From Balanoglossus misakiensis (Eukaryota > Animalia > Hemichordata): 64,000 nt of DNA. Under the pieces are notes generated by a model. It worked only from the letters and a program-made list of their open reading frames with translations, had not been told where the DNA came from and did not search any database. Location: NCBI GenBank assembly GCA_040954595.2, contig CM082580.2, positions 9,030,390 through 9,094,389 of the forward strand, written 5' to 3'. Every line of letters begins with the position of its first letter. Within the stretch, counting starts at the first letter, position 1. The position numbers were made by a program, and so were the translations under genes. Shown here in pieces: positions 61,601-64,000 of this stretch.

Positions 61601-63704
61601 TGTAATGGATTTCTGTGGGTGGACGAACATGCAAAAACAAGAAATTTAATTCAAACCTTTCTTGAATCTTTTGATCGAGCAACAACATTATAAGCTATGA
61701 CTTTAAACACAGTTTTTAATATTGTCACATCAGGCAACTTCAACTGCTGGTGGACTTCATTTATTGATCTTCACAAGTGCTATTTGCTGTATAAATAATA
61801 TTTACTCATACTTGAATGTGCATCTATCCAAGAAAATCTTGCGAAATGCACATGACTGCAGACAAAAAAGAACCCTTACAATTACATGCAGACAAAAGAT
61901 GCTGATGGTACATGCTTTCTGATTTGCAACCAACCAAACATCTGAACCCTCTCCAACACAGTTTGATCCACCATCCATTATATTCTTTTGTTTAATAAAG
62001 CTGGACCTCTACAGATGGCCCTAGGGGCAAAGGGGTCAAAAGTTACCTTTCTCTGTAAGGGTCGCTTTGGAGCTTCGGACAGATCATTGTCCCCCGGACT
62101 ACTAAACACCTTCTCAAAGGCACTCAGTTCATCTTTCAAACAGTCATAAGTCTTGCAGTCTTCAAGCAGTGCTCTGCACAGTGTCTGTTCAAAGGTGGAA
62201 AAAAACAGTTTCATTCAGGATGTACAAATGATATTTTGTCCAAGCTGTGCTAAGGGAAAAGTTAACTCTAAAGTAGACGTTAACTTTAAAGTTGGCAGAC
62301 TTCACTTTAAAGCAAAGTTGCTGGACCTATCTCACCAACTTTGTTCCCTTCCCCTTCTTGGTGTACCAGTAGTGTTTAAATGAGCAAGCAAGCATACATA
62401 TGAATAGACAAATGTGACAGGTTTGAGTGTATTTGGTTTTGCTGCCAAAGAAGTCGCACAGCTCTGATATCTGCATGGCCGATGGGCATTAATGCTCCTT
62501 TAAATTCAGTAAACAGAAGGATTCAGTGCAGTGATGCACAGTACGTTGTACAGTGTTCTTATTGGAATCACCACAATTCAGAAGTTAATGTACCAGTACA
62601 CGACGCATGGAAGCTCTTGATGTCGATGCATGCATGACGCAGGTCTGAGAATCCCCCTAAGTTCGATGCAATGCGGGTCTCCTGTCCGTATACCTTCACA
62701 TGCACGTCAGGAAATAACTGTCACATTCAAAGTCCCAGGAAAGTTGCCAGCATGTATTATTACATGTTGGTATTACTACATGTTGAAGATTGGCCTTGCA
62801 TGAGCATGGTTTTTTTTTGTGTGTTTTTTTTTTTTTTTTTTTTTTTTGGGGGGGGGGGGTATTTTGTTTTGGTGATGACAACAGACAAAATGTATACACA
62901 TCCCTTAAAGCCCCAATAGCTGACTTTTAGTTGAATTGTTACAGGATATGGCCTAGATAGGCCACTGAAACCTCACCTCTGAGAACTCTATAATGGTCGG
63001 TTCTTCCTTGAACGCGTCTCCCGCGATGCTGCTCCACTGAAGCACCAAGTGGATGACACGACGTTTGTTATTGAGAGCGTAGTCGGCCATCTCTTGTTCG
63101 GTGCCCTGAGAGGCTTTCGCATGATAAGTTCATCGTTTGTCAAGGAGCCACAATAACAACAAGGGTCTTCAGAATTCTCATTTTGTTGTCATATACAACA
63201 TTTAAAATGGTAAACAGTAGTTCTGACTGTTTGATACAGTGTTTTAACTACAGACTCTCTGACAGCAATTCATCGCTTGTACCCAGTAATCCTTACACAT
63301 GTATTGGCTTTTTCAGTATTAAGAAACAGGGGAAACTTCATTAAAATATCAATGTTCTACAGGCAAGGTCAGACACAGCCAGAAAGTGAACAACTGCATG
63401 GCTGGATGAGTATATAAGTATATGAGGGCGGAAAAGAATTAAACAAGAACACTATGTGATATCGGGAGGAAACTCTAGCTCTACTGGTATGTAGGATCGT
63501 GTCTCTGCCTACCAGTTACTGCGGCGTTTTGTACCGAAAGGATATTGTGACATAAGGGCCGGCGACAGGTGGTTGCTGGGCATGAAGACGACGTGGGTCA
63601 GGAGGAAATCTTCCACGAACGTGTCCGACTCGTTGTACTTGTCCACATGAGCTTCCAGCAGATGTTCCAGCATCTTTTCCGGTGTTCCTGCCATGACGCT
63701 GTAT
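58685..63704 (-). CDS. RAPGEF4: Epac-type Rap GEF (RAPGEF4-like), 3' half; continues beyond the window
   Basis: REM domain [46 protein letters not shown]; RA domain [14 protein letters not shown]; CDC25 domain [46 protein letters not shown]; end [17 protein letters not shown]. Confidence 0.93.
63128..63545 (-). other. U12-type (minor spliceosome) AT-AC intron
   Basis: 5' site CA|ATATCCTTT, branch site TCCTTGAC about 11 nt from the end, 3' site GAAC|T; splicing gives the in-frame conserved MS-H-YHAK. Confidence 0.93.
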
Positions 63705-64000
63705 CTGGAAAAAAAAACAAGAGCGCAGGGGATTGGTGAGGGGATGAGAGGGTTCCTCTTTCGAGGGAGGCGGGGACAGGAAACTGTCAGCAAAAAAGAC
63801 AACATTAATCTCATAGATTCCACATTTGGTCTATAGACAAAGTTTTCCGAATGATAACTCCAAAAAAAGAAGATGTCATACATGTATCTCTGTGTATTAA
63901 AAGCTATCGCAACAGCTTTTGTGATTGCAATATCGATTAAATTATTAGAAATAAAACTTTCAATGATGAATTAATGAGAGATATTACAAGCTATATGTAG

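Overview
Intron-rich animal genomic DNA, most likely from a marine invertebrate; the species cannot be fixed from the sequence. From left to right: two tandem paralogous secreted-protein genes built from PCSK9-C-terminal/resistin-like Cys modules (the complete one is signal peptide-PAN/Apple-EGF-2x module); a three-gene replication-dependent histone cluster (H4, H2B, H2A; no H3 or H1) whose 3' ends are almost identical between different histone classes; a GPI-anchored alkaline phosphatase whose exon 5 is split by a 2.7 kb foldback-type transposon that itself carries a Penelope-like RT fragment and a nested hAT-like element; a frameshifted sulfotransferase-like pseudogene; a PLAT-lipoxygenase; MINDY4; SPATA48; DPY19L1; an intronless SLC35G/EamA array; and the 3' half of an Epac-type RAPGEF4 with an AT-AC (U12) intron. 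Several MITEs are scattered through the window. The most unusual observations are the homogenised histone 3' ends, which enclose the H2B-H2A pair in 84-bp inverted repeats; a possible in-frame splice rescue of the transposon-disrupted phosphatase; and the protease-free PAN-EGF-PCSK9/resistin-like architecture. All alignments were done by eye and no database searches were run.
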